DNA of 64,000 nt from Haliotis rubra (Eukaryota), in contig NW_025767007.1 in NCBI RefSeq assembly GCF_003918875.1, positions 868,001 through 932,000 of the forward strand. The letters are read 5' to 3'. The notes beneath the pieces were generated by a model. It searched no databases, was not told where the DNA came from, and was given only the letters and a program-made list of their open reading frames with translations. The position numbers and the translations under genes were made by a program. Within the stretch, counting starts at the first letter, position 1. Each line of letters begins with the position of its first letter. Below are positions 38,161 to 51,435 of the stretch, in pieces.

Positions 38161-41100
38161 TTGTGCTTTGTCTGACAGAAGGGCTGTCCGAAGGATGTGG
38201 ATTATTGTCCGTTGCCTGACCAAAAGTTGTATTTTAATAAAGGTTTTGTGCATCTGAAAGATGGATTGTGAGTTATCAAGAAGAGGGATTGGCTTGCATA
38301 GGGATAGTGCGTTTTCTGACTTCGGATCATCGTGGTCTGACTTTGGGATTGAGTTTGTCCAGTGTCTGCCGGGTCGTGCCTGTCATGCCATGTTGCAGTT
38401 GGTTGTGTTGAGGGAGGGTGACAGTGTCTAGATACTTTATCAGTGCTTTTTCAGATTGTTTTAACGTTATGCCTTCAGGGGCACATTAAATAAGCACGCC
38501 CTCGAACAAAAAGAAGGAAAAAAGATAAAATATTATTAATCTAACGTGCTGTACGTGCTATGTCGTGAGCAAGAGATGCTTTGCTCTGAGCATCAGATGT
38601 TATTTTATACACACACGATTATTTTGTGCATAATTAAATTAATGAATAACAGACGCAAGAATCAGTATTTTCGTGAGCTCGCTCTCATTTTTCTTGTTGA
38701 GGAGTATGGCAGATACCAACGTGTTCAGGCAAACAAAGGATTACTTTTGTCATACGTAGTTTATGAGTGAGTGAGTTTGGTATTGCATTATATTATTTTG
38801 TTATATCAGTCCGTGTCTTAAATGTTATCACTTTGGTGCAATCAACGGTAGGCCAGTATCCGTTATCGGTACGAATCTGGGAATCGAACCCATGTTCAGC
38901 GGATCACACAAAACCCCCCACACAATTTACCCATTGTTATAATGAGTTAGTGAGTGAGTTGGGTTTGACACCAGCAATATCACTTTGGGAGACATCGGAA
39001 ATAAACGTTACACCATGTTCCCCTGTGGGCAATCGATCTTCGCCTGACGAGCAAACGCTTTAACCAATAAGCTACCTGTCACCCTAATTTTCTTTGAATA
39101 AAAAGACCACGAGTTTCAAATGCAAAGAGTGTGCCAATAGAATAAGTTCGTGCGTACAATTTAAATAACAAAGAGTTCACATAACATAATACGTCGTATT
39201 CACTAGAAAAGAAAACAAATTGTTTGCACAAAAAGAGTGTTTGCTCGTATCCATTGTGATAATGAATTCCAGAATAAAACAGCAAAAAACAGAACGTCAG
39301 CTGAATGGATTATGACTCGAATAAACCGACAGGATTAGTCATACACGCACTCGCAAATCTCTTGAAACGTGAAAAAACATATTAGTAAAGCATTCAAACA
39401 CAAGCGAAACTACGTAATTAGGCAAAAAACATACAAATTTAGATGGGCTAATAATAATATAAATAATCATCACGCATCGTTTGTTTTCGTGATCATAATG
39501 ATTAAGAGGATTAAACGATTAAAACAACAATGTTAAAAAACACAACACTCTGCACAACTCGGCAATTTCCGTTGAAAATGTAATCGCTGATTCAAACAGA
39601 CGAAAATAAACGAAAGCATGGGAAAAAGCAATAGCGAAAAGGTACGACTACCATTCACAGAACCCCATATATTTGTACAGGGGTGTTAGTAAACGGTTTT
39701 AAGTAAGAGAGTCTATTCAGGCGGCTGATAAGGATTTACACAGGGTCACTACTCGACTAAATCACTGAAGCATAAGCTGGGGTTCGAATCTTTAAACATA
39801 AGACTGACCCATTTTCCGTGTTTCGCAGATTTCTGTGGGATTCCCTCACTTACGGAGACTTATGGAGTATCTACAAGGAAAATAAGCATTATCCACGTGA
39901 CTTGAATTCCCTTTTACTCTTCATTGTTATCTCCCCTAAGTCATGACGTCACAGGGGATATATCGGATGCTTAATAGTGTTAGTGTGCAGTTAGTAATCA
40001 ATATATGTGAAGGTAATCAAAGGTAAGTCAGTTAACAACAATAATGGATATAAATAGAACATGTATTGAATAACCTTAATATCAGTATGTAATTTTATAT
40101 AATATTTAATAGAGTCATATTGTGTATATTTCCTAATAATAAATACATTTGAAATATGAAATGCACAGGAGACAGTAACTTAACTACATGTTCGTCGGAA
40201 TCCCAAATAATAAACTAAAATGAAAAAGATCAATTATTCTTTTTCAAAATGCAATTTAAATCGATAGTGGCAGAATTAATTTTACACTCAAACGCAACGA
40301 CCGTTGATAACGTTTTAAGCCTCACTAAGACGAAAATGTAATAAAGTGATCTGTTGTAACTTGATCACTGCACGTTTCAAAAAGGCCCATTTTGCAAAGG
40401 CCAAAGGCCCTTGTTGAATACTGCTTTATTAGAGCGAAGCACTATGTTTAATTGACACACGTTATTTTTGATATACCTCTATGGTTTCCACAACAGGAAA
40501 ACTCAATATTACAAAATTCATTCAATGTGAGGCTCAAATTTAGTACCTATGACCAAAATGTTATCTGATATGGCTTACAAAATAAACTGAAATTAATAAT
40601 GCTTGATGCTTGATACATGTTAAGCGAAACACGGCCTGTGGTGAAGATACAAATTCAGATAAAAGTTACAAAACATATTTAAATATTCCAAAACGTAGAT
40701 AACACGTTTGAGACTCCGACGAAGCAGTAATGAACTTCAAGTGACCTTTACTGTATACATAGATAATAGAATCGTAAAGAACATAATTATTGAAATCATA
40801 ACTAAACGTTCAAAGAAACTGATATGTTATTATGTATTCAAAGGTATGGATAGATAAAGAAAGACATAGATAGATTGTGCATTGTCGTGGAAAAATCGGG
40901 TGTGTTTTAAAGACATGCTTAAATGTAAGGAGTTCGTTTCGAACATTAAATGCAGAATCACGATCCATTGATGCAGCTCCATTATATATGGTAATCATGA
41001 TAGCTACGCAGAGGCGGTTGGTAATAAGATGAATTTTATAGGTGATGCATTATTGTAATTTATTAGAATGACAATGAACAGCGAAAAGTGTGTATAAATA

Positions 41101-43172
41101 ATTAAACTAGTCTACACGTACATATGTCGTACTCGAGTTTCATCTCAGCTAGGTCATACACCCTTGTTATACTTAAATATAAACTTAACAGGGTATTTCA
41201 CTTCATGCCTAACAGTTCAAACCGATATTGGATGACTTAAAAACCTTTGGTTTGACTTGGTTACGAAACTGTCTGCACGTTCGAAAACAAAACTGTTCCA
41301 GCACCCTGGCTGCCGTTGTACAATACAACCTTAGCGCTAAGACTACCTTAAGTCTATGTTAAGGTATGGGAGTTACGGTCACCTCAGCGCTAAGATCGCT
41401 TTGAGCAACGGTACCCTGAAACACAAAGCGTGCCCAAGGTGCGAGATCAGTTCCATTGGAAGCGGTCGTAAAATATTCAGCTTAAGAAGGAGGAGAAGAA
41501 AGCTGACTGGTGATGTAAACACAACCTCTTCACTAGGTACTATACACCCAGCCCAATAAAATGTTCAATATAATGTTGCTTTCTAAGCAGACCAGCAATT
41601 CACGCCTAGCCAGATATGCACTAAAACGAACATATGGAACGTAATGATGTTCATGTGCAGAGGTGATTGAAACGACTGATATCATAAACAAGCACAATAA
41701 AGATAACATAAAATCAAGAGTGCAGTCAACTATACTAGCTGCGGTGTACGAAGATAATATATTCAAGTGAAGCATGACATGGTATGATAATGTTTGCGTG
41801 ACTTTGGTTTATCGCGCTTTACAGCATTACAGTTATACCGCGGCGTTTCAACCATGAAAACCGTGTGAAAACCATGGCAACATTGCTCGTAGAATTGTAC
41901 CACTATGGTGGAATCCAAACTTACTGGATTCGAACCCCGACTCAGGATCCGGGATGATAAGAAAACGAATTATATAAAGAAAATACAACCATGCTATAAA
42001 TATGTGTTCTATAATATGCCACTTAGATTCTTATATAATTTTGGTAAGTGTGAAATGGAATCAGAAAGGTGTGGACGTGACATACATACTTTATACTCCC
42101 TATCCTTCTGGGCCATTATTCGTCGTTTCTTGTAAGGCTGGAACAGAATGAGAGACAATCTCTAATAACTATGACTTGTTAATGGATGCTACACCTCTGT
42201 TTCTGCTGTAGGCTTATAGGTGCGCCGAAATGGGGTAAACGTAGCGTTCAAGATAATTTCACTAGCGACGTGCGTGCACGTATTTGTGCACTTTTCTCGG
42301 TTTTACAGTGCTACCCCACTGAGATTTGCCGCTGTTTAACGCGGATACCTTGAAACACATAGTACTAAACCCGCGCCGACCAGTCCTTGTTCTATTCCCT
42401 AAATGCCGAGCGCAAGGCAGGGTGACAAGAAGCACCATCTTTTAACACAGAATAGGATCCACTGATATTATGCTCTATCCAAAGGACATTATTGGTTTAT
42501 TATTTAAGCACGTAGGGCAGGTTTGGTCATGAGGTCTGGAACTAAAAGGAGTTCACATTCTCTAATAGCTACGAAGGACTGATCTATATACAAATACACC
42601 GCGAAGCCTGTTGTGTAATGCCACAACTATTAGTGACAGCATACGGTTAACAACTTCTTTTAGTTTCGATACGTTTCGATACAGAATACCTGCTTGACAA
42701 CGGTACAACAATCTGTATCGGAACGTATAAAAACATTCCTGTTTGACAACTGTACAAGAATCTGTATCGAAACGTCGCACTCACGAAAAAAGACGTTTTT
42801 ATCCATAAAGTTTGTTCAATATAGCAAAGCAACGTTTCGCGCCTTAAGGATACATAACACACAACATAGCTACCCAAACCTCAATGATAAGTCGTTATTT
42901 GTGACATGGATTTATACTAATCGTGGATATTACAGTTAAGGTTTCAATCTTGAAATTCTAAATACAAAATGTGTATGTATTTTAACAATATTTCAGCCAT
43001 AACAGCTGAAAAACCCATATATTTAAAACCCAAGTAATGTATTATGACACGAGTGCGGATATGGTGCTGACAGACCAATAGTTATAATTGTCGAACCCGG
43101 CTCCTGACATGGTCAGGGGACAGAACTCGGCAAATCGTTCTTTACTGTAGTAATGTGTCTAGTTTTACTTAC

Positions 43173-43352
43173 TACTACATATATCGCCAGCATGAAGCCG
43201 GCATTGTAGAGGATGTAGAGGGCCACCAGTACAGACAGTACGATCACCTCCACCTTGTCGGCGTGCTCACGGTCCTTCAACAACGTCGTCACGATACCGT
43301 GCCATGCACACACCGTCGACAGCATTACCATTGACGTTAGTAAATATTTATC
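43173..43352 (-). CDS. Cys-less pLGIC exon E (M3, very short loop, M4)
   Basis: ttttcAG acceptor, GTAAGT donor, 180 nt, phase 0. DKYLL starts M3, followed by two hydrophobic helices. Confidence 0.88.
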
Positions 43353-44018
43353 CTGAAAACATACAATTGTCAACAACATATGGACATTTGGAATGCGTTG
43401 CTAAAATACCAGCTTTTCAGTGCGATACGTATCATTTGAAAATAAAGCACGTTGTTAAGCTCGTTGGTAACATAAGTGACTATTTATCCTGAAAATGTGC
43501 CATTGTTAAAAGAGTTATCTAGAGTGCATCAACTTTTCCTCTCGTGTACAGTAAAATCCCGTCTGGCTGAAGGACTGAGTACTGTCGAACATATTAAACG
43601 AAATACCCATCGTTCAAGACAAACGGAGTTTATGATATTATATTCGTCAAGTAGTGTAGGAAGTAGGCCAATTCCATATTACCACGGGTACAGCATGAGA
43701 GAAACTTATGTACAATTCACAATATGAATGCCATTTAGACGGATTGTCTTGTAATTAAAGGTGACGTAGTGTTGTTCAACAGTATTCGCACATGTGAAGA
43801 CATCTAAGAATTAAAATTGCAATGCCGATAAGAATACTGACTGGACCATCATCTAACAAAGACTTTACTGTATTGTAATGAAAGTACTTTGAGATTTTGG
43901 AGTTGGTTACCCCGCTGTTATACACCTGTCTGGACACCCGTTAAAACTGTGGCAACTACAAACTCCTGTAAAGAGAGGTTGGATTTGCCCGCTGTACATA
44001 TGGTTAGGCCATATTGGA

Positions 44019-44638
44019 TGTACACTGGTGTCACGTACCACATATGTAAGATAGAATATCCGCGGTAGACTCTGGTTGACCACTGCCCTGAATGTACATT
44101 GATGTCACGTACCATACATGTAAGATAGGATATCCGCGGGAGACTCTGGTTGACGAATGTACACTGATGTCACGTACCACGTAATATGTAAGATAGGATA
44201 TCCGCGGCAGACTTTGGTTGACGACTGCCCTGAATGTACCCTGATGTCATGTACCACGTAATATGTAAGATAGGATATCCGCGGTAGACTCTGGTTGACG
44301 ACTGACTTGAATGTACACTGATATCACGTATCATATATGTAAGATAGGATATCCGCGGCAGACTCTGGTTGAAGACTGGTTGAAGACTGGTTGAGTTGAG
44401 TTGGGCTTTACGCCACATCGGCATTATTCCAGGCATATAGTGACGAGAATCAAGTCTGCATTCATGAAAATTGAGTACGATTGACTTGAATGTACACTGA
44501 TGTCACGTACCATATATGTAAGATAGGATATCCGCGGTAGACTCTGGTTGACGATTGACTTGAATGTGCACTGATGTCACCTACCATATATGTAAGATAG
44601 GATATCCGCGGTAGACTCTGATTGACGACTGACTTGAA
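44019..44638 (-). repeat. Tandem ~74-bp array derived from pLGIC exon D 3' end plus donor (6 extra copies, interrupted by a SINE fragment at ~44390-44460)
   Basis: Unit tgtacactgatgtcacgtaccatatatgtaagataggatatccgcggtagactctggttgacgactgacttgaa (+ strand) = reverse complement of 54 exon nt plus 20 intron nt. Confidence 0.95.
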
Positions 44639-44740
44639 CGCGACGGCGGTGAGGACAAGCGTGAAGGACAGCTGAAGCCGGTTCTGGGGTAGATCCTTCT
44701 CAACACTAAATGTGGCGAATGCCAGACTGCAGATGAGAAA
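44585..44740 (-). CDS. Cys-less pLGIC exon D (end of M1, M2, M2-M3 loop: ...PQNRLQLSFTLVLTAVAFKSVVNQSLPRISYLTYM)
   Basis: tttcAG acceptor, GTAGGT donor, 156 nt, phase 0. LP.ISY.T.MD is the typical M2-M3 signature. Confidence 0.92.
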
Positions 44741-45352
44741 CTGAAAGAAATGCAAACACATGAGGCGGAACTAGGAATGACGATCGATTGTAACACCAAC
44801 TTGAATATTGTGTGGGAGGAAACGCCGAGTCAAAGATGGTTACCACTTTGGTGAAAAGTGAGCTGGCAAACCAAGTCGCGTAATGGCGGCGAATCTGGGT
44901 CTCGAACCCACGATCATAGGGTCCTGGCGGGCCCAAGGGACACAACTATGCAAGGCGAATTGTTGTGCCTCCTGAAATGCGTGTCCCTTGCGGAAATGTT
45001 ACAGAAAAACAGTGCTTATGATGATTGTTTCACACTGAATAAGAAAGTTGTTCGTCTGCAGTGAAATCTATTGAACTCGATAGCTAAGGGACCATTGGAA
45101 TTTGTCGTAATGTGACGTAGAAAGTTACATTGTCTTTCATGAAACTAAGAAGAAGACCTCAGTGTCACACGTTAATAATCTGTGGACACATGATATTTGA
45201 TATTTGACACACATAACATCAAACAAATAAATCAGTCTCAAGACAATGGATCTTTACAAACCTATATTAGATTGTTGAGCTGTTAGGAATCTATTAATAT
45301 TTCAAAATGAATAATATTACAATCACTTTTTGTGTTTTAACAGTGAGTGTGG

Positions 45353-45593
45353 GTGAGTGAGTTTAGTTTTACGCCGCACTCAGCAATATTCAAGCTATAT
45401 AGCGGCGGTCTGTACATAATGGAGTCTGAACCAGATAATCCAGTGATCAACAACATGAGCATCGATCTGCGCAATCTGGATACGATGACATGTGTCAACC
45501 AGGTCAGCAAGCCTGACAATCCGATCCCGTTAGTCGCCTCTTACGACAAGCATGGGTTACTGAAGACCAATTCTAACCCGGATCTTCACGGGT
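45353..45593 (-). mobile_element. SINE-like family B copy, full length
   Basis: Consensus match from gacccgtgaagatccgggttag to the (CACT) tail. Confidence 0.85.
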
Positions 45594-45897
45594 CTGTGTT
45601 TTAACAAGTTGCATACATACATGTCCTAGTTATTGAACAAAACGTTTACGTTACACAATCTGACGGGATGACTGAATACAGTGGTTGATAGTGAGAGCAA
45701 CAGTACACGATGTCGTTGAAGCAGAACACCAAGCATGACCACATAATCCATTTGGTCGACTCTTAAGACCAGCATAGGTTCTCTAACCCGGATTCCCCAC
45801 GGGAGCAAAGAAATGACAAGATATCGCGACTCAAAGAAATGACAAGATATCGCGACTCTAATACTCCATCGAAGCATATACGACACAACAACCTTAC

Positions 45898-46155
45898 CGT
45901 CACCATGAATATATTCCATACAAAGTAACCGGGTCGTCTTGCTGCTCGGCACTTGACGGAAACTGCCGATCTCTTTACACTATTGTCCGCTTGGTCAATG
46001 ACTATGGCTTTCTTCTCACACTCCGTGTGCACATATAGATGCCACTCTTGCTCGTCCACGAAGCTTTGTCTGTTCACCATATGTCTGTTCTCAGAGTCTT
46101 CAACAATCTCCACCTCGTATGAGGGAAACTCGGATGCCACAGTAACAGTCAAGTC
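45898..46155 (-). CDS. Cys-less pLGIC exon C (DLTVTV...EQEW...ARRPGYFVWNIFMVT; end of extracellular domain and start of M1)
   Basis: Polypyrimidine tract plus aAG acceptor, GTAAGG donor, 258 nt, phase 0. Has the EW motif and pre-M1 R..GYF. Confidence 0.9.
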
Positions 46156-46266
46156 CTTCGGAAAAAAAGAAAACAAAACGTGTTTCAGTTGTTCAGGTCA
46201 CTCACCAGGGACATTTTCACCGGCAGAAATATTCTGAAAATACAATGCCTGTTGCACTTTGGACAC

Positions 46267-46439
46267 TGACTGACTGACTGACTGACTGAGTTTAGTTTTA
46301 CGCCGCTTTTAGCAATATTCCAGCAATATCACGGCGGGGACACCAGAAATGGGCTTAACACATTGTGCCCATGTGGGGAATCGAACCCGGGCCTTCGGCG
46401 TGACGAGCCAAAGCTTTGACCACTAGGCTACCCCACTGC
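46267..46439 (-). mobile_element. SINE family A copy with 12-bp TSD
   Basis: cactttggacac flanks both sides. Confidence 0.88.
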
Positions 46440-47316
46440 CACTTTGGACACACGATGTCACATTTAGTAACTGTGAACCACACACAGACAGATCCCTTTT
46501 CATTATCATAAGAACTATGTCAAATTGTACGATTGTGACTATATCATAAGCATACATGTATGTTTATAAATAACTATAAAACACGGATGACACCAGGTGT
46601 TCGCTAAAATGCGTTTCTATAGCACCAGTTACAGACGCATGCGAAGGCAAGTCACTTCACCCAACACAATACGAGATTACATCATGGCACCAGCAGAATT
46701 AAAGTATTGCATCGGGTATAACTTTTGTCACTGATGCGTAACATTTGGACATGGATCAACATGCTTACAAATTGTTTTGAAGGCTTAACCGAGGCCTTGA
46801 ACGTTGTAAAATTGAAATATATGTGTAGAAAGAGCATTCTCGATTGGGGAGCAGGACAATTGCCACCCGGACAATTGCTACGCGCACATTGCCACCTGAC
46901 AAATACCACCGGGACAATTGTCCAGGTGGCAGTTGTCTTAGACCCCTCGTTTGTACCTCAAAAGTTGTGAAACGTAGATACTAGAGGCCGGTGCTGCTGG
47001 AATATTGCTCGACAAAAAGGAAAAGTTGAACTCATCCCTGTTGTTATCGAAGACTCTCGAGGAGAGTTTTTGTCACTGTTAGTCTATGCATAGATTTAAA
47101 TATGAAACAGATGAGGATGTTTCACTGGTCTCTTTCTGTACTTATTGTTCAGTGGCAAGTGTCATACCAGTTGGTGCATTTCCACAAAAACGAAACGTTT
47201 AATAGTATACATTTAAGCTTATACAAACAGGCTAAGAAGGAATATATAATATTGAACCTATCTACACTTATTGAAAAAGAAAGCATAAGTTTGAAAATTG
47301 GATTTGATTCATATGG

Positions 47317-47457
47317 AGTGAGGGAGTGAGTTTAGTTTTACGCCGCTTTTAGCAATATCAAGGCGGGGGACACCAGGAATGTACCATGTGGGAAATGGAA
47401 CCCGGGTCTTCGGCGTGTCGAGCGAACGCTTTAACCACAAGGCTACCCCATCGCCCC
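47317..47457 (-). mobile_element. SINE family A copy, internally deleted
   Basis: Consensus match. Confidence 0.8.
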
Positions 47458-50400
47458 TGGGACACTATGAACGTAAGGAACACATGACACCTACTGTACG
47501 TATTATACCCGTATCAAATACATAGTTACAGTCGTATAACCATGTCTGTTTATTCAGTCGCCATCAAATAAGGATGTGGACTTTCTTTTTCTTCAGTGTA
47601 GTAATGTGGCTTCCACAACATAGAAATGCACTGACGACCCGTGTTCATACATCAACGTTTATTTATATTTATTTTGTTAGGGACAGTTATGTATAACGTT
47701 TCTCTTCATCAGCTGTTCAACTATGTAGCTCAGTAAAGAACCCCGACCATTGTTTATTGTTTAACTAAGTAGATCACTGATGCACACGGGTCATTGTTCA
47801 CGACCTTGTAATATGGGTTAGATTGTAATCGATGGAATGCAAGTAGATGTTGTTTTTGTGCGAAAATAACTGCTGCGTTATCTTAAAAACAACTCCTGCT
47901 CGCCAATTTACAAGTAGACACAGTCTTAAAACATACAATCTTTTGCCAATGTTGTTTTTGCCAACAGGTAATGCGAACCCTTGGCGTTCCGGCTTTGCAC
48001 CAAATAGGATACGAAGGATGGAGACTGTAGTTCCACGTGCCAAAATAATATATCAAAATAGGGACTGTTTCCTTAAATAATATTTCGTTCCAGAATAAAC
48101 TTTACTAAATAAATATGATATTCGTTTGTTATTAAATTGCCCGGCTTCCCCTTTCACAGTGAAATAAAATTGGCGTCCCCGAAAAATAACAAATCGTGCG
48201 GCATAAAACGTTGTGTGTTTGTTGTTTAACGCCGCACTCAGCAATAGTCTTTCTATATGGCGGCCACAAAACATTGATGTTACCTTTATGTGTGTGTCTA
48301 TTTTATTACTGGACAGTATTCCGAGCAGATAGATTAGTGAAAACAAATGTCAATCATTCAGGACTCCTCTTAGCAATGTGACGTAGCATCAATGCAGTAA
48401 TGAGAAAGAATAGAAATATTTACTGTTCACTTTCAGCGTGATTCTATTAAGACAGGTAGACATCTGTTCTCCGCCTTTTGGCAATCATCGCCACCATACA
48501 TCTCACATATCACAACTCTAAGCTTAATCCTGTTTCCAAAATAACGTCGACTGCCTTACACAACAGGAACAGATCATTTGTGCTTCTCCGTGTCTCGTTA
48601 GTCTAAGTTTACAACGCAAGAAGTCGTAGTCTTGCTAATAATGTGAAGTAGAACAAATTGACGTTCTTGGAAGGGTTTTAATTTGTTTAATTGTCTTGTA
48701 GTTCTTTTGTCAGACACAAACAACACAGAACAGGTGCTGCGTATTTGTTTCTTCAAAAGTAGTTTTCTTGTTTGGTGTTTTCCTCAGCAATATCCCAGCT
48801 ATATGTCTGTATATAATCGAGTCTGGACCTGACAATCCTGTGATCAACAGCATGAAAATATCTTTGTCAAGTAAATGTTTTACTATTCAAAATTTAAAAA
48901 GATTTATTCAATGAAGTATACTTATCATGTATTGTTAATATAAAGAAATTTAGGCGATCATTAGCAAGATTCCGATGTTCATCTCACGATTTGTTGATTG
49001 AAAGCGGCAGATATAAAAATGTTATATTAAGAAGGGAGAATATGTAAACTTTGTCGTTTTAAATGAAAATCGAAGATGAATATCACTTTCATCGACCCTC
49101 ATCTGTCCATCATATAATTCAATACGATGTAAATACATTAAAAGATATTACTATATCCACCTAAGCATCATAAAATTCTCTACCCTTATAAGCAGTCAGG
49201 AAAGATCAAATATATTACAAAATCTTGCCTATGTTCATCCACAGTCTTGCAATGTTGTATAGAACAAAAAAGTTTTATCACTGTAATTTGTTTAATTAAA
49301 TATGTTTTATTTATGTAATTCCCCATTATATATGTATATGTGTTTCTTCAAAAGGCCTGTGGCCTCTTCAATATACGAAATAAAGATTGATTTGATGTTT
49401 GATGACAATTTGATGTTTGATGAACATCGATATACTCAGTTGGGATACGATGACATGAGTCAACCAAGTCAGCGAGCCAAGCTATCCGATTCCGCTCGCC
49501 TCTTACGACAAGTATGGGTTGCTGAAGACCAATTCCTAACCGGATCTTCACGGGTATCTTCAAAAGTAGTGTGATGAGAAGTTTAATGTTTCACTTTATG
49601 ATCTTTTAAAGATAACACTTTGAACGCTGCCCGTAGAGAGGGGGAGGGAGGGAGGATATTTCAAAATACTGGAGTTGATGATAAAGGGATACTAAACAAT
49701 TCATTGATTTCACATAGCACTGTGAATTTTACACTACAGTATCCACAAGACTGCATGACAACAGGGAGGACTTCAGCTTTCCCTGTTGTCCTGCTGTAAT
49801 CCGATAAAACCTTATGGTAGACATGTGGCGTCCAAATGTGACGCACCAGTTACTATAAGGATGCAACATGCAGTTTTGACTTGTATTGCAAAGTTTAAGA
49901 AAACTCTTGACTGATGAAATTCTTGCACATTTTGGGAGTGACGAATGTACATGTACCCGCTGGGCTGGAAATAAATAATAATTTACTTACATTAACTTTT
50001 TACTAACACTTAAATAAATTCCATCACTATTTTGCCTTTACGATCAGGGAATAATCGATCATTGAAATTCAATTCTAACGGTTGTCATCAACCCAGTTTA
50101 AGATGAAGACATTGTTCAACTCCTGTACCACTATGGACTTCGACGTTTCAGCAAGGTAGGGTAAGGTAAGCTGCTGTCCACGGTACAGGTAGTACAGGAC
50201 GGACTCCCACCACAAAATTTAATAGAATTTCATTCATTTTTGTTAACATTGTGAGGCAGGAGGCAATTCAGTTTTGATGTACGAACAAATATGTGCATAA
50301 ATATGAGATTGCCACAAAAGGTAAGAATTTGCAAGGTGCTGTGGTTCAGGTTCTGTGGCAGAGGCGGTCGGTCATGAAAATCTAAAAATGTGCTTATCCT

Positions 50401-50852
50401 GATCATGGACGGATAAAACGAGCTCGAGGGCACTAATGCTCAAGGTACATGTATCTTCGTATGTGTGTCTTGGAGGTTATCACTCAGTGATGCCATAAAA
50501 TAGTTCGATGTGACGTCAAGACTCATTTACGTCTTGTCCTATGCAATATCTTGATATTATTTAAGATATTGCCACAAACCTTAAAACTGAGCCTGGTAGG
50601 TATAACACTGAAGAAAATCGTCGGCTTTTGGGAATTCGGTAGAGTAAGTGGTGCATATGTATAGTACCCATCAAAGTTTAGACTCACTAGTGTAAATGTA
50701 GCCACTTACTTCAGTTCAACTGTTCTAAACTAGATTTGACAAAATATTCCATACTGATTATAGGTACTGTTTACACATGAAGTGATGTATTGTAAAACAA
50801 ATTCGTAACGTTGAAAAGATTATTGTCATAAGTTCAATAAATGATGAAACTT

Positions 50853-51435
50853 AAGCCTTGTTTGCATGCACCCCTTGCCCCGGGGTAAAATACCCCATGG
50901 GGTATAAATACCCTGAGAGGCAAATTTTGTCGTATAAACAGGTCTAACAGGGGTATTCTGCCCCTAGTCAAGAGGTGGAGCAAATTCAGTTACCCCTGGG
51001 TATTCTACCCCTTGGGGGTAAAAGTGTCATGTAAACGGTCTATCAAAGCTAAATCCAACCAAAGGGTACATTTGTAGACCCTTCCACCCTTTCTTATAAT
51101 GGAATGGTTTTCCAGCAAATCTAGACATGTTAGTGTGTGTATGTTGTTGGTATCCACTACCCACCCTGTCATTAATCTGTAGCTCTACACTGGAAACAAC
51201 ATGCCTCCGATAAACAAGCGTTTACAGTGTGGTTAAGTCTGGACAGATGATGAGACAAAGGGTCTGCTTAGTATCTGCGGAGACATGCCCATCAAGTCCC
51301 TTCTGGACAGCCCCTCAAAAGCTGTCACAGCTGTTTATTCAAAGGTGAACAAAGTAATGCATGAACTTGGCTTTAGAAAACGGCTATACAATGCACCAGA
51401 ACGAACGAAAACGCTTAAAATCATATAGACAGTGT
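50853..51435 (+). mobile_element. PIF/Harbinger-like transposon left end with a degenerate Myb/SANT-like ORF (51201-51430)
   Basis: tta|agccttgtttgcatgca terminus. Translation WTDDETKGLLSICGDMPIKSLLD...VYSKVNKVMHELGFRK has an in-frame stop upstream and an apparent frameshift downstream. Confidence 0.6.
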
